Shown: positions 1 through 10,218 of the stretch, in pieces
How the letters are laid out: each line of letters opens with the position of its first letter
How positions within the stretch are numbered: position 1 is the first letter of the stretch
Sequence record: PQ850626.1
Origin: Escherichia phage SkaterBoy_Bas90
Length of the DNA stretch: 64,000 bases
Reading direction: 5' to 3' (one strand)
The notes under the pieces: model-generated
Told to the model about the DNA's origin: nothing
What the model saw: the letters and a program-made list of their open reading frames with translations, nothing else
Databases searched by the model: none
Program-made: the position numbers and the translations under genes

Positions 1-1
1 T

Positions 2-562
2 CCGGGAACTGGTGACAAGGATGTTGTTACTAAAGGCCAGATGGAAGCGTTCATGAAGAACTGGATGGAGAATAAGCTCTATCGAATTGGTTCTTACTAC
101 ATCACTGAAGAAGACATTAACCCCGGTGATTCAATCTCCTTAGGGTTTGGCTCTTGGGCTAAAGTGACTGGTGTTATCATGGGTACTGGTGTAGTAAACC
201 CTGATGGTTCTGTTCCTAACGCTCAAAGAGTTGAGTTCCAAGCAGGTGGTACTGGTGGTCGTGTCTTCAATACTATTCGAACTGAGAACGTACCTTTGAT
301 GACAGTTAATGGCTCCAGCTTCTCTCTATCCAGTAATACTCACAGTCACAACATGGTATTTGGTCGTGGAGATGCTAGTGGTCATAACAGCTCGCCAAAC
401 TGGTATAGTCCGGGTGGTGGATATAGTCAGAGAACTGATAATGACACACATACTCATACAATCTCTGGTAGTGTAAGTCTTGGTCGTGATGATATCTCTC
501 GTCAACCTATTAACACTTTGCCACCATTCAGAGCAGCTCACATTTGGAGACGTATTAGCTAA
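2..562 (+). CDS. 3' part of a structural, tail-fibre-like protein (5' end lies outside the window)
   Basis: Reading frame is open from nt 2 with no stop until 562; Gly/Ser/Thr/Asn-rich with His-rich HxH stretches; immediately followed by the AGGAGG RBS of the next virion gene. Confidence 0.45.
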   Translation, partial: PGTGDKDVVTKGQMEAFMKNWMENKLYRIGSYYITEEDINPGDSISLGFGSWAKVTGVIMGTGVVNPDGSVPNAQRVEFQAGGTGGRVFNTIRTENVPLMTVNGSSFSLSSNTHSHNMVFGRGDASGHNSSPNWYSPGGGYSQRTDNDTHTHTISGSVSLGRDDISRQPINTLPPFRAAHIWRRIS

Positions 563-571
563 GGAGGAATT

Positions 572-3500
572 ATGGCGCTGTATCCAATAAAGTCACTAGG
601 TGCTGTGGGCGTTATCGCTGATCAGGCTCCGACAGACTTAGCTCCTAATGCTTTCACTAATGCTATAAATGCTCGATTTGTTGAGCAGAGAGTATTTAAG
701 ACGGGGGGCAATGCCCCTCTTTCTTATGTAGATGAAGATAAGGATTTAACCCCTCTGTCTTTCGTTTCTATGCCTTTCGATTATTATAGCGCAGGTAATA
801 GCTTTCTTGTTGTAGGTACAAATAAGAAGTTATATAAACTAACAGATGAAAGCTTGACTGATATTAGCCGTAAGGTTGCTACAGTCACTAAGAAGGCTTC
901 TGCCTCAATTAAGATTTATCCAGTTGTTTCTCAGATCGTTCCTAAAGAATCAACTATCTCAATGAACTTCAATCAGACCAAGAATCTAGAGGTTTCTCTT
1001 CTCCCTGCTGATGCTAACAATACCGATCTTATTTGGGAGGTTAGTAACTCATCCTATGGAAGTATTACGGTAGACCCTAGTGACTCTAAACTTGCTACTC
1101 TAACATCTTTTGAGAAAGAGGGTAATCTTGTAGTAACTATCTCTACTGCCAATGAATCTGTAGTGGCTCAGATTGCTGTTAATATCATCGATGGTGATTC
1201 AGGCATCTTCTTGAGTCAAGATACTGTTACAATTCGTAAAGGAGGGACTACTACTCTCACGGCTGTTACTGGCAAAACTCCTGTAACTTGGTCCAGCAAT
1301 AACGCTTCTATTGTATCTGTAACTCCTAACGCCAACTCTTTAACTGCTGTCATTACAGCGAATGGAGAAGGTAATGTAACAATCACTGCTGATAACGGGA
1401 CTAAGACTGCTTCTTGTGAGATTGTTTCTATCCCTCAGATTGATAGCATTTCTTTAAGCCAGTCAGATGTTACTGTGAGTAGAGGTTCTCAGTATATCTT
1501 AACTGCTACCCTTTCTCCTGCTAACGCCCCTAATCAAAATATTACTTGGACCTCTTCTAATCCAAATATTGCAACAGTATCAGGGACTGGCACACAAGGG
1601 ACGATCAACGCTCTACTTGCTGGTTTTACTGAGATTACAGCTACCACTGAAGAAGGTAGCAGAGTTGCTGTCTGTACTGTACGTGTGGATTTAGCTGGAA
1701 GGACAATGAGAACAAGTGCTATGGCATTTGCCGCTCCTGTGTCAGAGTCAGTAGAAACTCAAGAGGAAGAAGTAGTAACTCCTCCTGAAAGTGAAGAGAC
1801 GGTTTATTTTGCTGAGCCTACATCCGGTATTGATACGTCAGGGATGTACGAAGGTAATAACTTCTATGACTACTCTAACGTGAACGACATTGAAGGTTTT
1901 GCAAGAGCTTCTTTACTGGCAACCCCTCTGTCATCTGTAACCTTAGATATTGTCAGCGCTTCTCTTGATGTTGGTGAAGAGATTGTCATTACCGCTACGG
2001 CTTCTCCAGAAGGCGATTATTCTTATCAATGGTCTGTTGATAAAACTGGCTATGTTTCTACAACTTCAGTCACTGGTAAATCTATCAAACTGGTTGCTCT
2101 CCGTAAAGGGGAGATTAATGTAACTTGTACTGTTAGTCAGATGACTCAGAAAGATTACGATGCTTTTGATGACTATCCTTGGTATCACGCTGTTATCTCT
2201 AACTGTGCAGTTGCTACAACTCACTATGAAACTCCTCAGGTAAAAGAATTCGAATCAGAATACTTTGTAGACCTTCCGGGGTGGGGTGAGCAAACAGTTG
2301 TTGATAATGATGGAAACCCTTCAGTCAAGAAGTTTAACTGGAAATGTGAGAGAGTAAGATCTTTTAACAACCGTCTTTTTGCTCTGAATATGAGAGAGGC
2401 TAATGCTTCTGGTGTTACCACTAACTACCCGCTTCGTCTTCGTTGGTCTAACTTTGCCAATGAGAACAAGGCTCCTACACTGTGGGATGACTTTGCCTAT
2501 GATCGAGTTGTGTCTTCGGACTTAGCTTCTAACATCGTAGGGCAGACTCAGGCTCTAGAGAATGGGTATGCTGGTTACATTGACTTAGCTGACTCTAATG
2601 GTAGCTTGATTGATATCCTGCCTCTTAAAGATTACTTGTTCGTTTACACAGAGTTTGAAACGTATATTGGTTCTCCGACTAATAACACGTACCAACCTCT
2701 AATGTTCAAGAAGCTCTTTAACGACTCTGGTATCCTTGCTCCTGAGTGTGTAGTTGAAGTAGAAGGTAGTCACTTCGTAGTTACTCAGAACGATGTAATC
2801 TTACATAATGGTGCAACCAAGAAATCAATTGCATCTAACCGTGTCAAGAACATGCTGATTAACGAGGTGTGTCTGGTTAACCCTCTAGCAACTAGAGTAC
2901 ACTTGCATCAGGATAAGAAAGAAGTCTGGGTTCTCTATGTAGGACCGGGGGAGCCAAAAGAAAGCTTCGCTTGTACCAAAGCTGCTGTATGGAATTATGA
3001 GTTTGATACCTGGTCTTTCCGTACTATCCCATATGCTCAGTGTATTGGTCTGGTTGATCCTCCTGTTTTAGAAAGAGGTCCAATCTGGTCTGACTTCCAA
3101 GAAATCACTTGGGATGACCCATCTATTAAAGAACTCGTTTGGAGAAAGGATGCAACAAACTTTAGACAGAGGGTTACGATAGTAGGTTCATTCTTGAAGG
3201 GATTCTATCAAGTGGATGTAGGTGCTCTTGATTATTTCTATGACAGGCTAAACGATGTTGTTATAGAGAAGCCTCTGGAAATGAGGTTGGAGAGGACTGG
3301 TATAGATTTTGATAATGTGACGAATGAGTGGAATCAGAAGCATATTAACAGGTTCCGACCTCAGACAACTGGTTCAGGTACTTACATATTTGAAGCTGGT
3401 GGTAGTCAATTCTCAAATGAATATGGACACCCACACACATCTAAGACATATACGATCGGTGTTGACAGGCATGTCTCGGTGAGACTGAACCATCCATACC

Positions 3501-3589
3501 TTTTCTATAATGTTATAGATAATGATGTTAATAGTAATGCTGCTATCAATGGTTTAACGATAGAGTTTGCTGTTGGCGGGCGGAGATAA
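572..3589 (+). CDS. tail fibre / tailspike-like protein with bacterial Ig-like (Big_2-type) repeats
   Basis: 1005-aa ORF with AGGAGG RBS 7 nt upstream; repeated ~80-aa Thr/Ser/Val-rich modules (e.g. ITATTEEGSRVAVCTVRV) typical of Ig-like domains on phage fibres; followed by a terminator. Confidence 0.6.
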   Translation: MALYPIKSLGAVGVIADQAPTDLAPNAFTNAINARFVEQRVFKTGGNAPLSYVDEDKDLTPLSFVSMPFDYYSAGNSFLVVGTNKKLYKLTDESLTDISRKVATVTKKASASIKIYPVVSQIVPKESTISMNFNQTKNLEVSLLPADANNTDLIWEVSNSSYGSITVDPSDSKLATLTSFEKEGNLVVTISTANESVVAQIAVNIIDGDSGIFLSQDTVTIRKGGTTTLTAVTGKTPVTWSSNNASIVSVTPNANSLTAVITANGEGNVTITADNGTKTASCEIVSIPQIDSISLSQSDVTVSRGSQYILTATLSPANAPNQNITWTSSNPNIATVSGTGTQGTINALLAGFTEITATTEEGSRVAVCTVRVDLAGRTMRTSAMAFAAPVSESVETQEEEVVTPPESEETVYFAEPTSGIDTSGMYEGNNFYDYSNVNDIEGFARASLLATPLSSVTLDIVSASLDVGEEIVITATASPEGDYSYQWSVDKTGYVSTTSVTGKSIKLVALRKGEINVTCTVSQMTQKDYDAFDDYPWYHAVISNCAVATTHYETPQVKEFESEYFVDLPGWGEQTVVDNDGNPSVKKFNWKCERVRSFNNRLFALNMREANASGVTTNYPLRLRWSNFANENKAPTLWDDFAYDRVVSSDLASNIVGQTQALENGYAGYIDLADSNGSLIDILPLKDYLFVYTEFETYIGSPTNNTYQPLMFKKLFNDSGILAPECVVEVEGSHFVVTQNDVILHNGATKKSIASNRVKNMLINEVCLVNPLATRVHLHQDKKEVWVLYVGPGEPKESFACTKAAVWNYEFDTWSFRTIPYAQCIGLVDPPVLERGPIWSDFQEITWDDPSIKELVWRKDATNFRQRVTIVGSFLKGFYQVDVGALDYFYDRLNDVVIEKPLEMRLERTGIDFDNVTNEWNQKHINRFRPQTTGSGTYIFEAGGSQFSNEYGHPHTSKTYTIGVDRHVSVRLNHPYLFYNVIDNDVNSNAAINGLTIEFAVGGRR

Positions 3590-3593
3590 CAAC

Positions 3594-3621
3594 AAGGGGC
3601 TTCGTGCCCCTTTTATTGTTT
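3594..3621 (+). terminator. rho-independent terminator
   Basis: GGGGCTTCGTGCCCC hairpin followed by TTTTATTGTTTT directly after the stop at 3589. Confidence 0.6.
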
Positions 3622-3632
3622 TGGAGGAACTT

Positions 3633-4601
3633 ATGGGTGCAGGTGGTTTTCGTAAGAACACTGGTCGCAATAACACCACACTCCCGTACAACGTTGGGTT
3701 TCTCAATAATGTACAGGACACAGAAACATATAACGTAGCCGTGTATGATGAATTACAAAAAGTTAGCACAGCTACTAACCAAATGTTCCAAGCTATAGAT
3801 GAAATTCACGAAGAGATTGATGTTCGTATTAAAGCTCTTAATGCAATGAATCTACAATTCGATGAGCTTGAGAATAGAATTACTACAGAGATAGAGACAG
3901 CTATTGCCGATATCCAAACACAGATGGGGAACCTCTCCACTGAAGATATTTGGGATAATTCTGTTCAACCTCCTGTAAAATTAGAAAGCACTGTATCTGG
4001 CTTTAAGACAAGTATTGAAGGTAACACAACCAAGATTCAAACTGTAGAAGGTATCGTCAACGACCAAGGTCAAGAGATTGCTTTGGTTCAGACAGAGATT
4101 CAAAATATTAATGGAAGCCTATCTCAGTATATGAAGCTCTCTGAATATGAAGCTACGTGGGGTATTAACTCTACAGTAAACGGAAGATATGCTGGGGTCA
4201 AGTTAACTAACAACGGAACAAACAGTCAATTCCAAGTAACAGCTAACAAGTTTATTGTTGGTGATGGCAGCTCTGGTAACACACCTTTTGTGTTTGAGGG
4301 TGGTAGGGCTAGGATGGAGTTCGCTGACATAAAGAACGTCAACATCACAACAGCTCAGATTGCCAACGCTAGGATCCAATGGGCACAGATTGATAACGTA
4401 TCTATCTCCAATGCTCAGATTCAGAACTTGTCAGCGGATAAGATTACTGCTGGCTCTATGTGGGGTTCTAACTGGAGACTTACTGTTGGTGGGGACTTTG
4501 TTATGGGTGGCACAGGTGGGGCACAATTGTGGATGAATGGTAACAGAATAGACTTCTACGATGGAAGCGGTGCTCTGAGAATCAGGATAGGGAGTTGGTA
4601 A
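3633..4601 (+). CDS. tail fibre-like protein (start trimmed to ATG 3633 behind a GGAGGA RBS)
   Basis: Track ORF 3567..4601; the upstream codons overlap the terminator, and the internal ATG at 3633 has a strong RBS; contains repeated ...NVNITTAQIANARIQWAQIDNVSISNAQIQNLSADKI... beta-helix-like repeats. Confidence 0.5.
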   Translation: MGAGGFRKNTGRNNTTLPYNVGFLNNVQDTETYNVAVYDELQKVSTATNQMFQAIDEIHEEIDVRIKALNAMNLQFDELENRITTEIETAIADIQTQMGNLSTEDIWDNSVQPPVKLESTVSGFKTSIEGNTTKIQTVEGIVNDQGQEIALVQTEIQNINGSLSQYMKLSEYEATWGINSTVNGRYAGVKLTNNGTNSQFQVTANKFIVGDGSSGNTPFVFEGGRARMEFADIKNVNITTAQIANARIQWAQIDNVSISNAQIQNLSADKITAGSMWGSNWRLTVGGDFVMGGTGGAQLWMNGNRIDFYDGSGALRIRIGSW

Positions 4602-4602
4602 T

Positions 4603-5634
4603 ATGGCATATGGAATATGGACACAACCAGTAGGGCCGGGGCCAGCAACCCCCGCTCCCTTATTTATTGATAGCGGAAGCACTTTCCCTCAGTTCAAGAA
4701 TAGTATAAGAGGGAGTTTTAACTTTAATGGGGCTGGGAGATCTTTCCCTATTAGTGGATGGGATGGCAGTGGTCAGATAGTTATTGTTCCTACCGGTTCT
4801 TTATGCTGGCAATGGGAAGTCCCTCCTAACCTAGTTCCTGATGTTTATTGTGTGAATAACATCTACGTAGAAAACAGTTCCTCTTTTAGAGTTACTCTGA
4901 ATCAGAACCCCGGCAGTAACCCCTTATTTGACTGTGGGTTCAACGTATATCAAATATGGCCTAGAGCGGATAGGAATTACGGAATTACCTTTTCTAATAC
5001 AGCAGACTACTTCTCGATATCTGATAGTGGGGTCGTCGGTCAATGTATTTGGGCTTGGCAGGGGACTATAAACAATGCCCTCCAGATACCAAATATCGGT
5101 GGGTTCAATATGACCAATGCTGTTGTGTTTGCTAATTGGTCTGATGGAGGGATAGGACTGTCTTATACCTCTGATGACAGGGTTATTCGTGTTTATCAGA
5201 ACAGACCTTACATAAACGGCAACACTAATGAGGGTGGTTCTGTGTTTGCTAGAGTTGCAGTATTCTGCAATGGAGCAGGAGTTCCGGAACATAATGGAGG
5301 TTTGAATATTTATTCTCCGGGTACCACGCAATGTGTCTTCTCTACTAACAGAACACCTTTCACTGTTGATACTTTTATAGGCTCAGGAGGTGGTAACACA
5401 GGAATGGCATACCCTATGATACCTCTTACCTCTGGAATAGGTGCGATAAAAGGCCAAGGCAGTGGATGGAGATATCAGCAAATGAGATCTCACACAATGA
5501 GTGGCTCTAGCATAGGAACTGGCTATGGAAGGTATCTATTTCAGTGGGATCAAAATTACGACCTAGGGGCTGATACTGTAGTTAATTTGTCAGTTCCTGT
5601 AATAAATGCAGCTAAGGTTTTTGCTGGACTATAA
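4603..5634 (+). CDS. Gly-rich structural protein (tail fibre / receptor-binding candidate)
   Basis: 343-aa ORF, start overlaps the previous stop (TAATATG); Gly/Asn/Ser-rich. Confidence 0.45.
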   Translation: MAYGIWTQPVGPGPATPAPLFIDSGSTFPQFKNSIRGSFNFNGAGRSFPISGWDGSGQIVIVPTGSLCWQWEVPPNLVPDVYCVNNIYVENSSSFRVTLNQNPGSNPLFDCGFNVYQIWPRADRNYGITFSNTADYFSISDSGVVGQCIWAWQGTINNALQIPNIGGFNMTNAVVFANWSDGGIGLSYTSDDRVIRVYQNRPYINGNTNEGGSVFARVAVFCNGAGVPEHNGGLNIYSPGTTQCVFSTNRTPFTVDTFIGSGGGNTGMAYPMIPLTSGIGAIKGQGSGWRYQQMRSHTMSGSSIGTGYGRYLFQWDQNYDLGADTVVNLSVPVINAAKVFAGL

Positions 5635-5646
5635 CAAGGAGATATT

Positions 5647-6429
5647 ATGGCAATTAAAATGGGTATTGAAGAACTAGACCCAATGGTTCAACAGGCTTCA
5701 AAGAAGTATGGGATTCCTGCTGCTTTGATTCATGCTGTAATCCAAAGGGAGTCTAGTGGTCGTCCTACAGTGGCTTCTGGAACTGGTCCTGTAGGTTTAA
5801 TGCAGATCAGTAAAGGATTGGCTAAAGACTACGGTTACAAACTAGAAGACAGACTTGACCCAGCAAAGAACATTGATATGGGTGCTCGTTATATTAGAGA
5901 TAATTTAAAAGCTTTTAATGGTGATGTTAAGAAGGCGATGGTTGGTTACTCAGAAGGCATTGGTGGTGCTAAGCAAATGTTCGCTGGTAAAAAGGGATTT
6001 ACACCTCAAGCCCTTGACTCAATGAACAACAAACACTTTCTTCCTTTCTATGGTGATGCAGCTTCTCAGATTGCTAACCCTGTTGGAGCTTTACAAGCTG
6101 TTCAACCAGTCAATCAGTTTAGTCCTGACTTGTTAGATAGAGAGAAGGCCGCACAAGCTCCAACTCAGGCAGACATTACTGCTTCTAAGACAGGTGCTTT
6201 AGGCGGAAATCCAGTAGAGTTTTACTCTGATGAAGCACAAGAAGGGGAAGATCAGAAGCCTCAACAGAACTTTGGTAATGCAGTATTAGGTGTAGCTGCT
6301 ATGCTTGCTGGTAAACCTCCGACTTCTCAAACAGTTCAGAGGGCAAGTGCACCACATGCAGCAGGTTCTCAGTACAGTCCACAAACACAAGCAGTGCTCA
6401 GACGTTTGGCTAGCATTGGTGTAAAGTAA
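5647..6429 (+). CDS. lytic transglycosylase (SLT domain), probably virion-associated
   Basis: N-terminal ...IQRESSGRPTVASGTGPVGLMQISKGLAKDYG... matches the SLT catalytic motif (ES...GLMQ); sits inside the virion gene block. Confidence 0.75.
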   Translation: MAIKMGIEELDPMVQQASKKYGIPAALIHAVIQRESSGRPTVASGTGPVGLMQISKGLAKDYGYKLEDRLDPAKNIDMGARYIRDNLKAFNGDVKKAMVGYSEGIGGAKQMFAGKKGFTPQALDSMNNKHFLPFYGDAASQIANPVGALQAVQPVNQFSPDLLDREKAAQAPTQADITASKTGALGGNPVEFYSDEAQEGEDQKPQQNFGNAVLGVAAMLAGKPPTSQTVQRASAPHAAGSQYSPQTQAVLRRLASIGVK

Positions 6430-6448
6430 TAATCTTTAAGGAGGACTT

Positions 6449-7501
6449 ATGTCTTTATTTGGAAAATCAGCTTCTAGCAAAACCACAGTGGCCCCTTCCT
6501 CTCAGGTTGATGCCCTGCTGAAGCAGATTGTTGCTAATGCTCAGAATATGCAGAACAACGATCCGGGATTCATCTCCCAACAGCTGGCTGGGTTTAATGG
6601 CAACCAACAAGGTGCTCTGAACAACTTAGCAGCTTCTACTACTCAGAAGAAACTAGCTGATATGTATACACCACGTACACAGCAAGGGTTGGACCAATTA
6701 AACGCTCTTGCCCAGCAGTATCAGAATATTGTTAATGGTGGTGGAGTAACAGCTGAAGGGGTTAATAACTTTAGTAAAGGTTTGAATAACTCAGCCCTTG
6801 CACAAGCTACTAGCAAAGCAGCTTCTAATGTCTCTCTTGGCAATGGCTCTGACTCTGGCTCTCTCCGTAGGGCTGCGGCTCAAGGGGCTGCTTTGAATGG
6901 CGCTAACACTAACCTGTCTCGTACTATCAGTGGTAAGAATATGGGTGTAAGTGCTCTGCAACAAGATCAGAACTTCCAGAGAGGGTTGCTTGGTGCTCAG
7001 TCTGGTTTAGCTGGACAGAACCTCAATCTTGGTGCTCAAGGCGTTCAGGCAACTCAACAAGCTATTCAGAATCAGCTGATGGCTGGTAATCTGCAACAGC
7101 AACAAGCTCAAGCTCAAGCTGATATTAATTGGCAGAACGCTATTGGCTCTCAGCAGTATGGGTGGAATCAGCTTAACAACCAACTTAATGTATTAAATAG
7201 TGTAAGCCCAATGGCTGGGTATACAATTAAGAATGCTGCTCCGGGGGTTAATACTGGACAACAGCTCCTAGGTGCTGGTATCACTGGTTTAGGTATTGCA
7301 GGTCGTATGGGTGCTTTCTCTCCTAACCAACAGACTCAGAATGCTTGGAGTTCCTATAACAACTCAGGTGGGCAATCTGGAATGGCTGGTCCTATGATTG
7401 GAGGTTCTAATCTTTCTCAACAGAAAGGTCAGTCTAACTGGTTATCCACAGCAGGTAGTAATATCTTAGGTGGTGTCTTAGGGGCATTTGGAGCAAACTA
7501 A
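6449..7501 (+). CDS. Gln/Asn/Gly-rich virion protein
   Basis: 350-aa low-complexity Q/N/G/A-rich ORF with AAGGAGG RBS. Confidence 0.5.
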   Translation: MSLFGKSASSKTTVAPSSQVDALLKQIVANAQNMQNNDPGFISQQLAGFNGNQQGALNNLAASTTQKKLADMYTPRTQQGLDQLNALAQQYQNIVNGGGVTAEGVNNFSKGLNNSALAQATSKAASNVSLGNGSDSGSLRRAAAQGAALNGANTNLSRTISGKNMGVSALQQDQNFQRGLLGAQSGLAGQNLNLGAQGVQATQQAIQNQLMAGNLQQQQAQAQADINWQNAIGSQQYGWNQLNNQLNVLNSVSPMAGYTIKNAAPGVNTGQQLLGAGITGLGIAGRMGAFSPNQQTQNAWSSYNNSGGQSGMAGPMIGGSNLSQQKGQSNWLSTAGSNILGGVLGAFGAN

Positions 7502-7513
7502 AGGAGATTTGAT

Positions 7514-8482
7514 ATGGGACTTTTCGGAGGCGGGGGTAGTAAAACTACTTCCCAAATGATTCGCCCTGAATACATTCAACAGTATATTGACCAGCTTAAC
7601 CAACAGATTGGTAATACTAGTTCAGGGGATTATGTCTATCGTGACAATGTAGGGTTTAATAATAATCAGACAGAGGCACTTAATAACCTAGCACAATCTG
7701 GCGCTTTGGGCACTCTCTCACAGCAATACATGGATGCAGCAGGTCAAGGGTTAGGGTATCTGGATAATGCCTATAAAGGCTATCAGAGCCTTTCTGGACA
7801 AGGTGGGATTACTGGAGAACAGATTGGTGCTCTCGCTGGTCAACTGTATGATGATGACGCTGTGCAAGCAGCCATTACAGCTAACAATGAACAGGTTCAA
7901 CAGAATCTAGCACGTAATGCTCTTCCTCAGTTAGCTCAACAATATGCGGGTCAGCAAGGTTCAGGTGCTCGTATGGCTAAATCTTTTGCCCAAGGTGATG
8001 CTCTGAATCAGATGCAAGGTCAAGCAACAGATATTACCAACAGTGCCTATAACTCGGCTATCAGCCAAGCTGAAAGCATCCTCTCTGGTAATAGACAGAA
8101 TCAGGCAGCTGCTCTCTCTGGTCTTTCTAATATTGGTTCTAACCTTTCTAACCTAGGTCAGCAGGGTGCTAATTTGTCTCAACAGCAAATAATGAATCAA
8201 TGGAATGCAGGGTTGCAGCAACAACAGCAACAACAGAATGAATATGATAATGCCTACCAGAATGCTCAGAACGCAGCTAATTGGGGATGGCAAGATATCA
8301 ATAACCAACTCGGTGCAGCAGGTGTACTTAATGGTGCTCTCGGACAAACTACAACTACTAAAACATCTGGTGGCAAAGGTGGTTTCCTTGGTGGAGCTAT
8401 GAGTGGTGCAGCAGCTGGCTCTTCCTTTGGACCTTGGGGTGCATTAGCTGGGGGTGTAATCGGTGGGTTGGCTAGTACTTAA
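7514..8482 (+). CDS. Gln/Asn/Gly-rich virion protein (resembles the preceding gene)
   Basis: 322-aa ORF with the same composition and shared N-terminal motif (SLFGKS / GLFGGGGSKTT); AGGAGA RBS. Confidence 0.5.
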   Translation: MGLFGGGGSKTTSQMIRPEYIQQYIDQLNQQIGNTSSGDYVYRDNVGFNNNQTEALNNLAQSGALGTLSQQYMDAAGQGLGYLDNAYKGYQSLSGQGGITGEQIGALAGQLYDDDAVQAAITANNEQVQQNLARNALPQLAQQYAGQQGSGARMAKSFAQGDALNQMQGQATDITNSAYNSAISQAESILSGNRQNQAAALSGLSNIGSNLSNLGQQGANLSQQQIMNQWNAGLQQQQQQQNEYDNAYQNAQNAANWGWQDINNQLGAAGVLNGALGQTTTTKTSGGKGGFLGGAMSGAAAGSSFGPWGALAGGVIGGLAST

Positions 8483-8495
8483 TTAGGAGATAAAT

Positions 8496-10151
8496 ATGCA
8501 ACAGACAACTTACGCTCAGGTCAGAAGTCGTGACCCGAGAAATACTTTCTATGGTGTTAATCCGGGAGCGGCTTCGGCCTCTCCTTATATGGCTAGACCT
8601 ACTCAGACAGCAGATATTTCTATGTATCAACGTCCTGCTGTACCTTCATCTCTTGCGGGTCTTGTCTCTCAGGCAGAAGAAGATCAGAATGCTATGGTTA
8701 ATCCGGGATTCCAGCAACGTCTTATGGAACAGCAGAATCAAGGAACTCCTACCAGTCTTCAGGGTATTGATATTGGAGCACCGGCCCCTGTAGCAGCTAA
8801 TCCTAACCTATCCACTGATCAAGGTTTACAGGATGCTGGGCTTATGCCTAGTGACCCTCTTCCGGTAACACCTCCTCCTAAACCACTAGAAGCTGGTCCT
8901 ATGGAGTTTACTCCTTCTCAGGTGGAACAGGCACAGGGTGTGATTAACACTCTTGCTCAAGGACAAGACACTGGTGATGGAATGGCTGCTGCTACTCGTG
9001 CTAAAGATCAGGAACGTGTTAACAACGATATCTTGCAAGTTGCGAAAGCTAAAGACCCTTCAGAAGCTTGGAACAAATTACAGAAAGAACCATTCTATCA
9101 GAACTCTAGTTTCTACACAGGTTTGATGGGTGTAGGTCTTTCAATCATGTCAGGTAAGTCTCCTATCGAAGCTTTCCAGATTGGTCAGGGAATGGCTAAT
9201 CAAGATGAGACTAAGAAGCAACTGGAAGCTAACCGTGATGCTCTGATTGAACAAGGCTTCTCTCAAGACTCGATCGCAGCTGCTATTGCTAACGGAGACC
9301 CGTCTCTACTGAAGATGAGAGCTGTAGACCCTGCTCAGAAAGAAGCGTTGTATGCTGCTCGTGAAGAACGACAAAATGCTGAATGGGATAGACGTCAACA
9401 GATTCAAGAGCAAACTATGCGTGAGCGTGCTGATGAAACTCGTCGTGCCGCTGAAGAAAGGGCTAACATGAACTTTGAACGTCAGAAAGAGTTGATTGGT
9501 TATCGTGATAAAGTTAAGGCTGAACGTGCTGAACAAGCTGCTCAGAGTTTTAACTTTAACCCGAAAGAAGTTCGTCTTGCTCAGAATACAGCTGAAGGTA
9601 CGGTTGCTAAGCAGTGGGCAGAGAAAGGTGGCCTGTTTAACCAGTCTAACAAAGACTTGGATTTGGCTGATAAGGCTGTTAAGGATAAAGACTATCAGAC
9701 AGCTCGTTCTGCTTACATGCAGGCTATCATGAACTCCGCAAGGGCTGAAATCGGTGCTACTCGTTCTCTTACCGAAGAAGACTTGGGGCACTTTGCAGAA
9801 GACCCATCAATCTTCGTTCGTGTTGGCAACAAGTTTGCGCTGAAATCTGGATGGCGTCCTACTGATTCTGCTCTTGCTTATGCTCGTAAGCAAGCTAATG
9901 TTGGTCACACCTCTGCAATGAAAGGTGTTGCTGATGCTAAGAGAGCTACGATTGAAGCTTACATCGGTTCTGGTATGGATAAGAAGAGAGCTACTGCATT
10001 GGTTAACCGTGCAATCCCTTCTGGTGGTTTCTATGACCCTCTAGGTGTTTTCTCTGAACAAGCAGAAGAAGCAGTTGGTGGTGCAGCAACCAATCCTAAG
10101 CTTAATGGTGCTTTATCAGCTGTCGAAGACACTAGCTGGTTTACTCAATAA
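8496..10151 (+). CDS. internal virion protein (function unknown)
   Basis: 551-aa ORF with AGGAGA RBS; charged coiled-coil-like C-terminal half. Confidence 0.45.
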   Translation: MQQTTYAQVRSRDPRNTFYGVNPGAASASPYMARPTQTADISMYQRPAVPSSLAGLVSQAEEDQNAMVNPGFQQRLMEQQNQGTPTSLQGIDIGAPAPVAANPNLSTDQGLQDAGLMPSDPLPVTPPPKPLEAGPMEFTPSQVEQAQGVINTLAQGQDTGDGMAAATRAKDQERVNNDILQVAKAKDPSEAWNKLQKEPFYQNSSFYTGLMGVGLSIMSGKSPIEAFQIGQGMANQDETKKQLEANRDALIEQGFSQDSIAAAIANGDPSLLKMRAVDPAQKEALYAAREERQNAEWDRRQQIQEQTMRERADETRRAAEERANMNFERQKELIGYRDKVKAERAEQAAQSFNFNPKEVRLAQNTAEGTVAKQWAEKGGLFNQSNKDLDLADKAVKDKDYQTARSAYMQAIMNSARAEIGATRSLTEEDLGHFAEDPSIFVRVGNKFALKSGWRPTDSALAYARKQANVGHTSAMKGVADAKRATIEAYIGSGMDKKRATALVNRAIPSGGFYDPLGVFSEQAEEAVGGAATNPKLNGALSAVEDTSWFTQ

Positions 10152-10172
10152 GACCTAAGTCCTGCCTTCTAT

Positions 10173-10181
10173 AATGTATAT
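10173..10181 (+). promoter_or_regulatory. TAATGTATA motif (candidate late promoter for the phage sigma factor)
   Basis: Exact TAATGTATA about 40 nt upstream of the ATG at 10219. Confidence 0.4.
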
Positions 10182-10218
10182 AGGGGGTAGGACATTTTTA
10201 TTTATAAAAGGAGACGTT